Source of the DNA: an uncultured Bacilli bacterium
Lineage (GTDB): Bacteria > Bacillota_I > Bacilli_A > RF39 > UBA660
Reading direction: 5' to 3'
Length of the DNA: 64,000 nucleotides
Assembly: GCA_947591505.1 (NCBI GenBank)
Contig: CANQDM010000001.1
Location: forward strand, 25,316-89,315
Part shown: one piece after another, positions 41,017-50,061 of the stretch
Layout: every line of letters starts with the position of its first letter
Numbering within the stretch: the stretch's first letter is position 1
Program-made: the position numbers and the translations under genes
Notes under the pieces: generated by a model
Seen by the model: the letters and a program-made list of their open reading frames with translations, nothing else
Databases searched by the model: none
Told to the model about the DNA's origin: nothing

Positions 41017-42970
41017 TTTTTACTCTCCTTAACTTTAGACCTTTTTTATCCTCTATCTTTAAATTACATAAATCTATTATATCATTTAAACTTTGTCCAT
41101 TCACTAGAAAATTTTCATTCTTACCATGAAGAGATAAATTATCATGATAACCTAAAACAGTTACATCACTTAATCGCTCTTTTAATAAGGCAGAAATAAC
41201 TAAAGGATAACCCATAAACAAATAAATTATGGGAATATTTTCGGGGAAAAAATAAGCAAATTCTTCATCATCTAATGCTTTTCTACTTGTCTTATCTAAT
41301 ATTTTCGGTTCAGAGACATAAACTACTTTTAAATTATATTCTTTTTCTAAATATTCATAAGCCGACATGCCTAAATCTAACATATAATCACCAGTAGCTA
41401 CTAATATTAAATCAGGATTAGCATTATCTTTGACAGTAGCAATTTTTGCATCTTTAAGAGAAGGATAAGTTTTTTGATGCCTTTTAGAAGATATAAATAT
41501 ATTAACAATATCTTTTTTATTTTTTTCTTTTTCGATATCTAATATCAGACTTTCTTCATCAGCTGGATAAAAAATATTATAAAAATTATCATCTCTTAAT
41601 AAAAAATCATTAACAAAAGAAGGATTTTGATGTGAATAAGTATTTTCTAAATAAGTAGAAGTTAATAAATAATTCATACTAGGAATTTCTTTAGGTGTTT
41701 TAAAAAATAATTTTTGTCTTAAATATTTATCATATTGCATAAGCATACTACTAATAAGAGGCATAAAACCTTCATAAGCAATATACATGCCAAAATTACC
41801 AGCCATAGTATAGCCAAAATATAAAGCTTGTAAAACGTTTTCTGACAAAAGTTCAATAGTATATTTTGATAAAGATCCTAATTGATTAGAAAATATTTCA
41901 TCAGGTGAAAAAATTATGCCATTGTTATTTTGCATTAAATTGGTTAAATATTCCGGCAATTTCGTTTTTTCTTTTAAAATATTATTCTTTACTTCTTTGG
42001 GATTTAAAATAGGACTGGCAGTAGCAAATAAGGAAAACTCTTTACATAATTTATCATTTTGATCAAATATTTCTCCCTCATAATGAGACCATAACTTTTT
42101 TATAGCTTCTCTTTTTAAATTTTCTTCTAAGTTTTTAAAAGGATCTTTATGAACATTAATATTACCTTCTAAAGGTTTACCGAAAACACTAGGTAAAGTA
42201 AAACCTTTTGATGATTTAAAAATTATTAGTGGTGCATCTTCTTTTAAAGTGCTTTCTAAACTATTTTGAAAATCTTTAACATTTTCTAAAAGATTAGGAT
42301 TATCAATGGCATCAACAAAATGAACTTGATAACCAAAAGTTTGAAAATAATTAATTAATTCTGAGTCATTTAATCGACTTAAAAATGATGCCGACCCCAT
42401 TTTTAAACCATTTAAATTAATAATTGGTAAAACTTTAGCTGTAGTTTTAATTAATTTATTAAGTTGCCAAGAAGCACTAAGAGTTCCCGTTTCAGCTTCA
42501 CCATCACCAATAATACAAGGAACTATTTGAACCTCTTTATTATTTAAAGCATAGCCATAAGAAGTAGCAAGGGAATAACCAAGTTCTCCGCCATCATAAA
42601 TAGTTTCTGGATAACCTGGATTTATTTCTGAACGCACTAATCCACCAAAAGATGCAATTAAATTATTTAGTCCTTTTCTATCTAAAGAATAATTAGAATC
42701 ATATCTATTAAGTGTATTATTAAGCCATAAATTAGTAATCAAAGAAAGACCTGCATGGCCAGGACCTATGACTATTTGATTTTTTAAATTTTGATGATTT
42801 AAAAAATAATAAAGATTAGCTAAAATAAAATTCATAGACATACAAGTACCTAAATGACCAGATGCATAATTTTTTAAAGTAAAATCTCCATATTTAGATA
42901 AATACATTAAACTAATAGCCACTTTATTAGAAGCATAAAAATATTTTTTAATTATTTCTTCTTTTATCAT
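41009..42970 (-). CDS. phosphoketolase-family TPP enzyme, short form (653 aa)
   Basis: Blocks GHLGTCMSMNFILANLYYF, VIGPGHAGLSL, DGGELGYSL, GDGEAETG and LPIINLNGLKM align with conserved Xfp phosphoketolase motifs. Confidence 0.75.
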   Translation of the reverse strand: MIKEEIIKKYFYASNKVAISLMYLSKYGDFTLKNYASGHLGTCMSMNFILANLYYFLNHQNLKNQIVIGPGHAGLSLITNLWLNNTLNRYDSNYSLDRKGLNNLIASFGGLVRSEINPGYPETIYDGGELGYSLATSYGYALNNKEVQIVPCIIGDGEAETGTLSASWQLNKLIKTTAKVLPIINLNGLKMGSASFLSRLNDSELINYFQTFGYQVHFVDAIDNPNLLENVKDFQNSLESTLKEDAPLIIFKSSKGFTLPSVFGKPLEGNINVHKDPFKNLEENLKREAIKKLWSHYEGEIFDQNDKLCKEFSLFATASPILNPKEVKNNILKEKTKLPEYLTNLMQNNNGIIFSPDEIFSNQLGSLSKYTIELLSENVLQALYFGYTMAGNFGMYIAYEGFMPLISSMLMQYDKYLRQKLFFKTPKEIPSMNYLLTSTYLENTYSHQNPSFVNDFLLRDDNFYNIFYPADEESLILDIEKEKNKKDIVNIFISSKRHQKTYPSLKDAKIATVKDNANPDLILVATGDYMLDLGMSAYEYLEKEYNLKVVYVSEPKILDKTSRKALDDEEFAYFFPENIPIIYLFMGYPLVISALLKERLSDVTVLGYHDNLSLHGKNENFLVNGQSLNDIIDLCNLKIEDKKGLKLRRVKNE

Positions 42971-42971
42971 T

Positions 42972-44024
42972 TTAAATCTTTCTAACCTTTTTATCAGCTA
43001 CATATAAACTTCGAAAATTTTCCCAATCTTTAGGTCTTAAATTAGAACTCTCAAAAATAGCATTTAACATTGCTTTTGCTTTTAAATAATACTCAATATC
43101 TTTAGCTTCCTTAACACGATAGGCTTCTTGTTCTAAAGTATAATCTTGAAATACTTGAACAATCGGAAATTTATTAATACTATCTTTAAAATAATTAAAG
43201 TATTTAGCTACAACTTCTAAATTTTCCAAACCTAATATATATAAAAAGGTAGCGGTAACATTTAAAGATTTAGCATATTCTAATAAACATTTCGCTTTTT
43301 CTAAAGTGAGTTTTGCTTTCTCTGGACGCATAAATTTTTCTCTTTCTAAAAATTTTTCAATGGTTAAAAAAAGGCCAAAATTAGGAATGTTTTGCGTTAA
43401 ATCCTTAATTTTAGCATAAGTGGTTAATTGCGAACCAATATAATTTAAATTACCAGTAAATCCCATTTCTTGAAAAGACTCATTAAGCATTAACAAATGA
43501 TTTATTAATTCATCTTCGTTAAGGAAACAACCAGTACAAATCGTAATATCTTTAATTTTTCCTAAAGAGGCAATATTATTTTCTTTTAAAAGATTTTCAA
43601 AATATTCTTGAACATTATCTTTTTTTTGAAAATCATAATTATCATCTTCAGTTAAACTATAAGTACCACAAAATTTACAACCGGCACATTTGCTACGAGA
43701 ATTAGAATTAAAAGTTATTGCTTGATAGTTATTGCGAAAATAAGTTGATGTACATGTATCTTTTTCAATATTTTGAACTTGACCTACTAATGTGTCTTCT
43801 AAATATAAATTATCATTTTCTAAAGTAAAAGGTGAGTTAGGATAAGTATTTACACAAACTGCAAAATAATAGGTTTGCGATGAATTTAACATTTTTAAAT
43901 TAAATCTAATTCGGTTATCTGAAGTCTTAGCATATTTAATTCCATATCTATTTAAAGCAATAGCTAAAACATTTTCTAAAGATACATCGTATTTTAAAGC
44001 TAAACTTTGATAATATTCCAACAT
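42972..44024 (-). CDS. hypothetical protein with CxxCxxC cysteine cluster (possible Fe-S protein)
   Basis: 350 aa; SRSKCAGCKFCG plus ICTGC further on. Confidence 0.35.
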   Translation of the reverse strand: MLEYYQSLALKYDVSLENVLAIALNRYGIKYAKTSDNRIRFNLKMLNSSQTYYFAVCVNTYPNSPFTLENDNLYLEDTLVGQVQNIEKDTCTSTYFRNNYQAITFNSNSRSKCAGCKFCGTYSLTEDDNYDFQKKDNVQEYFENLLKENNIASLGKIKDITICTGCFLNEDELINHLLMLNESFQEMGFTGNLNYIGSQLTTYAKIKDLTQNIPNFGLFLTIEKFLEREKFMRPEKAKLTLEKAKCLLEYAKSLNVTATFLYILGLENLEVVAKYFNYFKDSINKFPIVQVFQDYTLEQEAYRVKEAKDIEYYLKAKAMLNAIFESSNLRPKDWENFRSLYVADKKVRKI

Positions 44025-44103
44025 TTTCTCACACTATCTTTCTCAAATAAAATATAGCAAGAAAAAGATTAATTGTACAATATATTATTTTAATAACCCC
44101 TAT

Positions 44104-44979
44104 TTATATTATTAATAACGATTTTAATATTTCAATAAATTTTTTAATAGTTTTATTGATATTTTTAGAGTTATAAATAATTGTAATATTATCGGTAGGT
44201 AAATTTTCAAATTTATTAAGAATAATAATTTCCCTATTCTCTATTTCTGAAGCCACAAATTTTTGGTTAATATAGCCAATTCCTATTCCTTTTAAGATTA
44301 ATTTTTTTAATAAAAGCGAATTAGGAAGTTCCATTACGATATTATGCTTAACATTTTTACTAATTAAATAGTCATCAATTATTCTTCTTTTTTCGGATTT
44401 ATTAGGTAAAATTAACGGATAAGTATATGTTTCATCTTGAAAGCTATCTTTATTTTTTAAATAAAATTCTTGGGAACAAGCTAAAACATTTTTAACTTCT
44501 ACAATTTTTTCGACAATTATTTGTTTGTCAAATTTATAAAATAAAGGATAACGACAAATTATTATATCCAACTCTCCTTTTTTTAATTTTTGAAAAAGTT
44601 CCGTATCCGCTGAAAAGTCTAACTTTAAATTTATATTGGGATATATACTTTTAAATTTATAAATTACTTCTTCTAAATAATTATCGGCAATAAAACGTAG
44701 ACAACCAATATTTATTTCTTCTTTTTCCATTTCACCCGTTAAAATATAAATGATATCTTTTAATTTTAAATATAATTCTTGTCCTTTATTAGTAAGTTTA
44801 ATCTCATTATTTAATCTAATAAATAATGGAGTATCTAATTCATTTTCTAATTTTTGAACACTTATACTTAAAGCCGATTGGGAAATTTTAACATGTTCAC
44901 TTGCTTTGGTAAAGCTTTCATATTTAGCCACATAGTAAAAATTGCGATATAAATTTAAATTAATATTAAAATTATCCAT
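44104..44979 (-). CDS. LysR-family transcriptional regulator
   Basis: N-terminal HTH (FTKASEHVKISQSALSISVQKLENEL) and a LysR substrate-binding-domain-sized C-terminus. Confidence 0.85.
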   Translation of the reverse strand: MDNFNINLNLYRNFYYVAKYESFTKASEHVKISQSALSISVQKLENELDTPLFIRLNNEIKLTNKGQELYLKLKDIIYILTGEMEKEEINIGCLRFIADNYLEEVIYKFKSIYPNINLKLDFSADTELFQKLKKGELDIIICRYPLFYKFDKQIIVEKIVEVKNVLACSQEFYLKNKDSFQDETYTYPLILPNKSEKRRIIDDYLISKNVKHNIVMELPNSLLLKKLILKGIGIGYINQKFVASEIENREIIILNKFENLPTDNITIIYNSKNINKTIKKFIEILKSLLII

Positions 44980-45138
44980 ATATCCTCCCTTTTTAATTAA
45001 GTAATATTATACTAAATATTTTTAAAAACGCCAAACATTCTGAGATTACCTCCCCGAAATTTCAGATTTTTGGTAATGTCTAACACAACATTCATAAGCA
45101 TCTATTATAAATAGATCTTTTTATTTGTTTATACATTC

Positions 45139-45163
45139 AAAAAAGAGAAAATCAATTTCTCTT
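45139..45163 (-). terminator. Rho-independent terminator after tyrS (AGAGAAA-loop-TTTCTCT plus U6)
   Basis: Inverted repeat plus T-tract immediately 3' of the tyrS stop codon on the minus strand. Confidence 0.55.
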
Positions 45164-46390
45164 CTAAGCAAATATACCTAAATAATATTTCTTTTTACCT
45201 TTTTTTATTAAGTATACTTTATTATCAATAGCTGAATCTTTTGTAACCATATACATATTATCAGTTATTTTTTTATTATTTAAACTAATGGCATTACCAC
45301 TGATGAGTTCTCTTGCTTCTCTTTTAGATGAACAAATACTACTACTAACTAGTAAGTCTTCTAAAGGTAATTCTTCTTTGATAGCAATTTGTTCCATATC
45401 TTTAAAATTATCTAAAATATCACTTGCTGATAACTTAGTTATATCTTCACTAAATAAGGCTTTACTCATCATTTTGGCTTTATTAAATTCTTCTTCGCCA
45501 TGTAAGAAAGTAATTATTTCCCTGGCAAGTGACTCTTGGGCTATTCTTAGTTCTGGCTTTTCTTTATGCTTATGTTCTATTTCTTCAATTTCTTCTTTAG
45601 ATAAGAATGTCAATCTCTTTAAATAGTCAATTACTATTTCATCACTAGTATTAATTAAAAATTGATATAATTCATAACTAGATGTTTTATTTTTATCAAG
45701 CCATAGAGCATTACCTTCGGTTTTACCAAATTTAACGCCACTCGCATCAAGGACTAAAGGCATTGTCATACCATATAATTCTACGTCTTCTTTTTTTCTG
45801 GCTAGTTCTATTCCCGTTGTAATATTTCCCCATTGATCAGAACCTGCGACTTGTAAAGTTACCCCCTTATCTTTATATAAATGAACAAAATCCATTCCTT
45901 GTAAAATTGTATAAGCAAATTCACAGAAAGTTATACCTGAGTCTAATCTTCTATTAATAATATCTTTATCAAGCATATAATTAACATTGATATATTTACC
46001 ATAATCTCTTAAAAAATCGAGAATACTTAAATCTTTAGTCCAGTCATAATTGTTAACTACTTCAAAGCCAAATATTTCTTTAGCTTGTTTAGATAAACAT
46101 GCAACGTTTTCTAATACTTGTTCTTTAGAAATCATTTGTCTTTCATTTGATGGTTTAGGATCGCCAATTAAACCAGTAGCTCCTCCAATAAGAAGGATTG
46201 GCTTATGACCATATTTAGCAAGTCTAGTCGCAATCAAAAATGAGGAAAAGTGGCCAATATGCATTGAATCAGCAGTTGGATCAGTACCAATGTAAAAAGT
46301 TAATTTCTCTTCATTTAATTTTTTTTCTAACTCGGGACTACTAATATCTTTGATAAGTCCTCGCCATTTTAAATCTTCAAAACAATTCAT
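45164..46390 (-). CDS. tyrS: tyrosine--tRNA ligase
   Basis: HIGH motif (ADSMHIGHF), KMSKS-type KFGKT, C-terminal S4-like domain; 408 aa. Confidence 0.95.
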   Translation of the reverse strand: MNCFEDLKWRGLIKDISSPELEKKLNEEKLTFYIGTDPTADSMHIGHFSSFLIATRLAKYGHKPILLIGGATGLIGDPKPSNERQMISKEQVLENVACLSKQAKEIFGFEVVNNYDWTKDLSILDFLRDYGKYINVNYMLDKDIINRRLDSGITFCEFAYTILQGMDFVHLYKDKGVTLQVAGSDQWGNITTGIELARKKEDVELYGMTMPLVLDASGVKFGKTEGNALWLDKNKTSSYELYQFLINTSDEIVIDYLKRLTFLSKEEIEEIEHKHKEKPELRIAQESLAREIITFLHGEEEFNKAKMMSKALFSEDITKLSASDILDNFKDMEQIAIKEELPLEDLLVSSSICSSKREARELISGNAISLNNKKITDNMYMVTKDSAIDNKVYLIKKGKKKYYLGIFA

Positions 46391-46550
46391 AACTCATCTC
46401 TCCTTTAAATAAAAAAATTCAAAAATTAAGATTTAAGGACGAATTATTAATCCGCGGTACCACCTTAATTTATGAATTATCATACACTTTATACTTATAA
46501 CGTAAGTAAACGATTTAGCTCCAGAGTTGTAAATTCCTTCATCACTAACA
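46391..46550 (-). promoter_or_regulatory. T-box leader upstream of tyrS (T-box AAUUAAGGUGGUACCGCGG at 46452-46470; candidate UAC specifier in ...CGUUUACUUACG...)
   Basis: Near-consensus T-box sequence (plus-strand ccgcggtaccacc at 46452-46464), a GA/K-turn-like UGAUGAAGG block, and a UAC-containing loop. A sigma-A-like promoter (-35 TTGCTA, -10 TATAAT) lies at 46556-46584. Confidence 0.75.
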
Positions 46551-46634
46551 ATTCAATTATAAAATAATTTCTTTAATTTAGCAAATTATTTTTAATATTT
46601 AAGGCATTATTGACATATACCTTCTAAATTTTAT

Positions 46635-47114
46635 TCATTTTTTACAAATTAATTCTTGCTTCATTATTTTTTCAATATAATCAATATTAGTAAAAAATAA
46701 ATCGAATCCCTTACTTTTTAATATTAATAATTCTTTTAAATTACTTTTAATTTCTTTTTTGACTGAACTAACAGCTGCTGTTGGTATATTCTTTTGCATA
46801 TGTATATGATCAATATATTTTTCTATAATAGGGAAAGCATTTTGAAGTAATACTGCCTGATATTTGCCACCAATTTTCCTTATCAGTATACTCTTACATT
46901 TACCATATTTTTTTATCTTTTGATTTATGATTTTTTGATATTTACTTATTTTAGAACTTAGAGGTACTAGCCATAGTATTTCATTATTTTTTAATGCTAA
47001 ATACATTGGTCTTGTATTATCAAAATGATTTTTAAGCAATGTATTATCATTTGCAACTATAAAAAAATCTTCTTTAATATGATATAAATAGCCCTCTTTA
47101 ATTATTATTATCAC
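46635..47114 (-). CDS. ToxN/AbiQ-family type III toxin (endoribonuclease)-like protein
   Basis: ~160-167 aa. Blocks NTRPMYLAL, WLVPLSS and NAFPIIEKY resemble ToxN/AbiQ (TRPYVGIL, YLAPLTS/FAPLSS, MIPIIE). The ORF track starts at TTG 47138, which abuts the terminator hairpin. GTG 47114 is the more plausible start. Confidence 0.6.
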   Translation of the reverse strand: MIIIIKEGYLYHIKEDFFIVANDNTLLKNHFDNTRPMYLALKNNEILWLVPLSSKISKYQKIINQKIKKYGKCKSILIRKIGGKYQAVLLQNAFPIIEKYIDHIHMQKNIPTAAVSSVKKEIKSNLKELLILKSKGFDLFFTNIDYIEKIMKQELICKK

Positions 47115-47124
47115 CTCGCTTTCT

Positions 47125-47156
47125 ATTAAAAACAACAAAAAAAGGATATATCCTTA
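47125..47156 (-). terminator. Rho-independent terminator between antitoxin repeats and toxin (perfect palindrome AAGGATA/TATCCTT plus UUUUUUUGUUGUUUUU)
   Basis: 14-nt perfect palindrome at 47141-47154 followed (minus strand) by a U-rich tract. Confidence 0.65.
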
Positions 47157-47162
47157 AAATAT

Positions 47163-47274
47163 ATCCCTTTTACAACCGGATTAATTTATTACTCGCGCCA
47201 TCCGGTAGCGAGAAACATTTGACAATCGGAATAATTTATTACTCGCACCATCCGAGAGCGAGAAACATAAACAC
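47163..47274 (-). ncRNA. candidate type III antitoxin RNA: ~2.2 tandem direct repeats of ~50 nt
   Basis: 47176-47225 ccggattaatttattactcgcgccatccggtagcgagaaacatttgacaa versus 47226-47274 tcggaataatttattactcgcaccatccgagagcgagaaacataaacac (~88% identity), plus a partial copy at 47165-47175. Non-coding, sitting between a promoter and a terminator. Confidence 0.6.
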
Positions 47275-47289
47275 ATTCATTGAATGTAT

Positions 47290-47325
47290 TTAAAGTATAT
47301 TACATAATTATCTATTTTACAAGTA
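47290..47325 (-). promoter_or_regulatory. sigma-A-like promoter for the repeat RNA/toxin transcript (-35 TTGTAA, 17 nt, -10 TATACT), followed by the palindrome ACATTCA/TGAATGT
   Basis: Read on the minus strand upstream of the repeats. Confidence 0.35.
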
Positions 47326-47330
47326 TTTTA

Positions 47331-48053
47331 TTACATTTCTATATCAACGTTATGATATATTTCAGTTACATCATCAATATCATCTAACATTTTATAAAGC
47401 TTCTTAAAGTTTTCCGTATCTTCTTCATTTAATGTAACTTTATCTTTAGAAAACATACCTACTTGATCAATTTCATAGTCAACATCAGGAATAATACTTT
47501 CCACAACATCTTTTACTCTATCATGATCATTGGGTTTCATCGTAATAGTTATTTCGCCATCTTCATCTTCATAATCAATAATTTCAATACCTTCATTTAA
47601 TAACTTTTCAAATATTTCTTCACTATTTTGTGATTTAAATGTTAGTACCCCAATATAATCATAATTATAAGATACTGAATTTGTTACTCCTAGACTTTTA
47701 CCTACTTTATTAAAAGCTGTTCTTACCTCACCAACAGTACGATTAACATTATCTGTTAAAGTTTTAACAATTAAAGTAGATGCACCAGGGCCAAAACCTT
47801 CGTATACTACTTCAGAATAATCTTCGCCCCCTACACCTTTGGCTTTTTCTACTGCTCTATTGATAATATCACTAGGTACTTGACTCTTTTTGGCCTTTTC
47901 AATAATTCTTTTTAAAGTAATATTAACATCAGGATCTGGTAATCCTTTTTTGGCTGCTAGATAAATTTCTTTAGCAAAAGTTGTATAAATTTTACCTCTA
48001 GCTGCTCCCGTTTTTTGAATACTATATTTTCTAACTTCATATGCTCTTCCCAT
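47331..48053 (-). CDS. yebC: YebC/PmpR family DNA-binding transcriptional regulator
   Basis: MGRAYEVRKYSIQKTGAARGKIYT... is a highly conserved YebC N-terminus; 240 aa. Confidence 0.9.
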   Translation of the reverse strand: MGRAYEVRKYSIQKTGAARGKIYTTFAKEIYLAAKKGLPDPDVNITLKRIIEKAKKSQVPSDIINRAVEKAKGVGGEDYSEVVYEGFGPGASTLIVKTLTDNVNRTVGEVRTAFNKVGKSLGVTNSVSYNYDYIGVLTFKSQNSEEIFEKLLNEGIEIIDYEDEDGEITITMKPNDHDRVKDVVESIIPDVDYEIDQVGMFSKDKVTLNEEDTENFKKLYKMLDDIDDVTEIYHNVDIEM

Positions 48054-48063
48054 AAATTACCTC

Positions 48064-49107
48064 CTAAAAAATTTTTAAACTACGCACAAATTCATAAATA
48101 AAATGTTTCTTGTTTAAATTTTTTTTCACATATTTTATTTCTTTTAACACTTTATAAACATTAAAGTAAGTAGCACCTTCCTTTATCATAATATATTCTA
48201 AAGCTTTTAAAATTAATTCTTTATTATCTTTAGCTTTAAAATACCTTTTAACTTTTTTATATAAATCACTATTTACTTTGCGTGCCAACATATTATACAA
48301 CAACATACCATGTTTTTGAAAGAGAAAATTATAACCATCATAATTTTTTAATACTTTTAAAGTATCATAATAACCTAATTTAATATTTTCTCGTATTCTA
48401 TTTTTATTAACACTTAACATACTGCCCAGAAACCTAGATGGGCTTAATGTAACAACTTTACTTTTATCTTTTACTTTTCTACTTAAACCAATTCCTTGAA
48501 CTTCAATGACATATACTTTATCATACCCTTTATTAAGCAACATATTAACAGGTTTATTATCATAAAATCCCCCATCAATATAATACTTTTCATCGATTAA
48601 TTTACCCATTTTAAAGACTGGTAAATTACAACTAGCTAAGATATATTCAGGTATTTTTCCTTCTTTCATATCTTCTTTAAATAAATATAAAGGTTTTAAG
48701 TCGTTAGTTCTAACAGTAACGAGGCCATAATCCATATGACTTTTTCTAATTAGTTTTTCATCAATCATTTCATCTAAAATTTTTTTTAAATTACTATTAT
48801 CAATTCCTTTATTTTTAACAATTAAAGTCATTTCTTCAATGCCATAGATAAGTTCTTTAAATAAATTTTTATTATTAACACTATCTATGTATTTAGAATT
48901 AAAATTAAGTAAAGCACCGACATCAACATTTTGCCAAAATTCATACAACTCAGCTTCCTTACCGCTTACTATCATTGCCGCATTAAAAGAGCCAATTGAT
49001 GTACCTACTACTCCATCTAATTTAATTTTGCATTTTTTAAATGCGAGAAAGGCTCCAACTTGGTAAGCACCCTTAACTCCACCACCTGCTAGTACTAATC
49101 CTGTCAT
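48064..49107 (-). CDS. patatin-like phospholipase
   Basis: Oxyanion GGGVKG and nucleophile GTSIGS (GxSxG); DGG later. Confidence 0.8.
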   Translation of the reverse strand: MTGLVLAGGGVKGAYQVGAFLAFKKCKIKLDGVVGTSIGSFNAAMIVSGKEAELYEFWQNVDVGALLNFNSKYIDSVNNKNLFKELIYGIEEMTLIVKNKGIDNSNLKKILDEMIDEKLIRKSHMDYGLVTVRTNDLKPLYLFKEDMKEGKIPEYILASCNLPVFKMGKLIDEKYYIDGGFYDNKPVNMLLNKGYDKVYVIEVQGIGLSRKVKDKSKVVTLSPSRFLGSMLSVNKNRIRENIKLGYYDTLKVLKNYDGYNFLFQKHGMLLYNMLARKVNSDLYKKVKRYFKAKDNKELILKALEYIMIKEGATYFNVYKVLKEIKYVKKNLNKKHFIYEFVRSLKIF

Positions 49108-49118
49108 ATAATCATTCC

Positions 49119-50048
49119 TTATTTACTTCTTTTTAATAATACTAATGGTTTCGCAATAATTTTTTGAAATCCACGATATTTTCCTTTAGTTTTTAGCCTT
49201 TTATAATAGTTATAAAGTGAATCATGTCGATAATGAATAATATTATCTAATTCATCACTATCAGTGAGTACAGGGCTTTTATAAGTTTTGCCTAAAAATA
49301 TTCTAGATAGAATATAACGCATGCTTAAACCATAATTATTTAATATATTTTTTAGAATTTCATTATAAATTACTCTTCCTTCTTCACCCATGCCAATATT
49401 ATATGTTTTCTTATTTACTTCTTTTACATGATCTATTACTTTAACAAAAGCATAAGCTGCATCAATATTAGTTGTTACCTCAACCACCAAATTTTTCTTA
49501 ACATTATAAATAAATGGTTCTCCAGTTAAATTATTTAAAACAAGTGGAACTCTTAAAATAGTATAATTTTTAAGTTTACTAGTAATTAATTTTTCACAAT
49601 TGTATTTAATATAACTAAAATTAGTTAATTCTGATTCTTTAATAGCCTCTTTAACACTAGCGCTTAAAGTATTGTCATAAATAGACGTACTGGAAGCATA
49701 AATTAAATGACAACCTTTATTTTCTTTATTAATAACATCAATAATATAACTTAGGGCATCATATTCTATAAATTCTCCAAGATTTTTATTAAAATCACTA
49801 AGTGGTGGTAATACAGATGCTAAATAAATAATATAATCATGACCCTTAACTAAACTATACATAAGTATTTCATCATTAACATCGCCATATACTACATTAA
49901 TTCTATTTTTATACTTTTTTAAATTTTTTATAGATTTTTTGTTATTTAAATCTAGAGCTGTTATTTCATATTTTCCTTCACTAAGTAAATATTTTATAAC
50001 ATTTAAACCTATACTACCAGCAGCCCCAGTTACTAATACTTTCTTCAT
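49119..50048 (-). CDS. NAD-dependent epimerase/dehydratase family (SDR) protein
   Basis: VLVTGAAGSIGLNVIKYLL Rossmann motif; 309 aa. Confidence 0.75.
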   Translation of the reverse strand: MKKVLVTGAAGSIGLNVIKYLLSEGKYEITALDLNNKKSIKNLKKYKNRINVVYGDVNDEILMYSLVKGHDYIIYLASVLPPLSDFNKNLGEFIEYDALSYIIDVINKENKGCHLIYASSTSIYDNTLSASVKEAIKESELTNFSYIKYNCEKLITSKLKNYTILRVPLVLNNLTGEPFIYNVKKNLVVEVTTNIDAAYAFVKVIDHVKEVNKKTYNIGMGEEGRVIYNEILKNILNNYGLSMRYILSRIFLGKTYKSPVLTDSDELDNIIHYRHDSLYNYYKRLKTKGKYRGFQKIIAKPLVLLKRSK

Positions 50049-50061
50049 AATACATATCCCC

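Noticed and set aside
42972-44024. Radical SAM enzyme call for the 350-aa Cys-cluster protein
   Set aside because: The cluster is CxxCxxC (CAGCKFC), not the canonical CxxxCxxC radical-SAM motif. Kept as a hypothetical Fe-S-type protein only.
47115-47138. TTG at 47138 as the toxin start (ORF-track start)
   Set aside because: It directly abuts the terminator hairpin, leaving no room for an RBS, and the extra residues (MLFLIESEV) are not in ToxN/AbiQ homologues. GTG at 47114 is preferred, though still uncertain.
47163-47274. Possible CRISPR array (direct repeats)
   Set aside because: Only ~2.2 repeats, no unique spacers between them (the units are directly contiguous), and no cas genes. The context (promoter, repeats, terminator, ToxN-like ORF) fits a type III antitoxin RNA instead.
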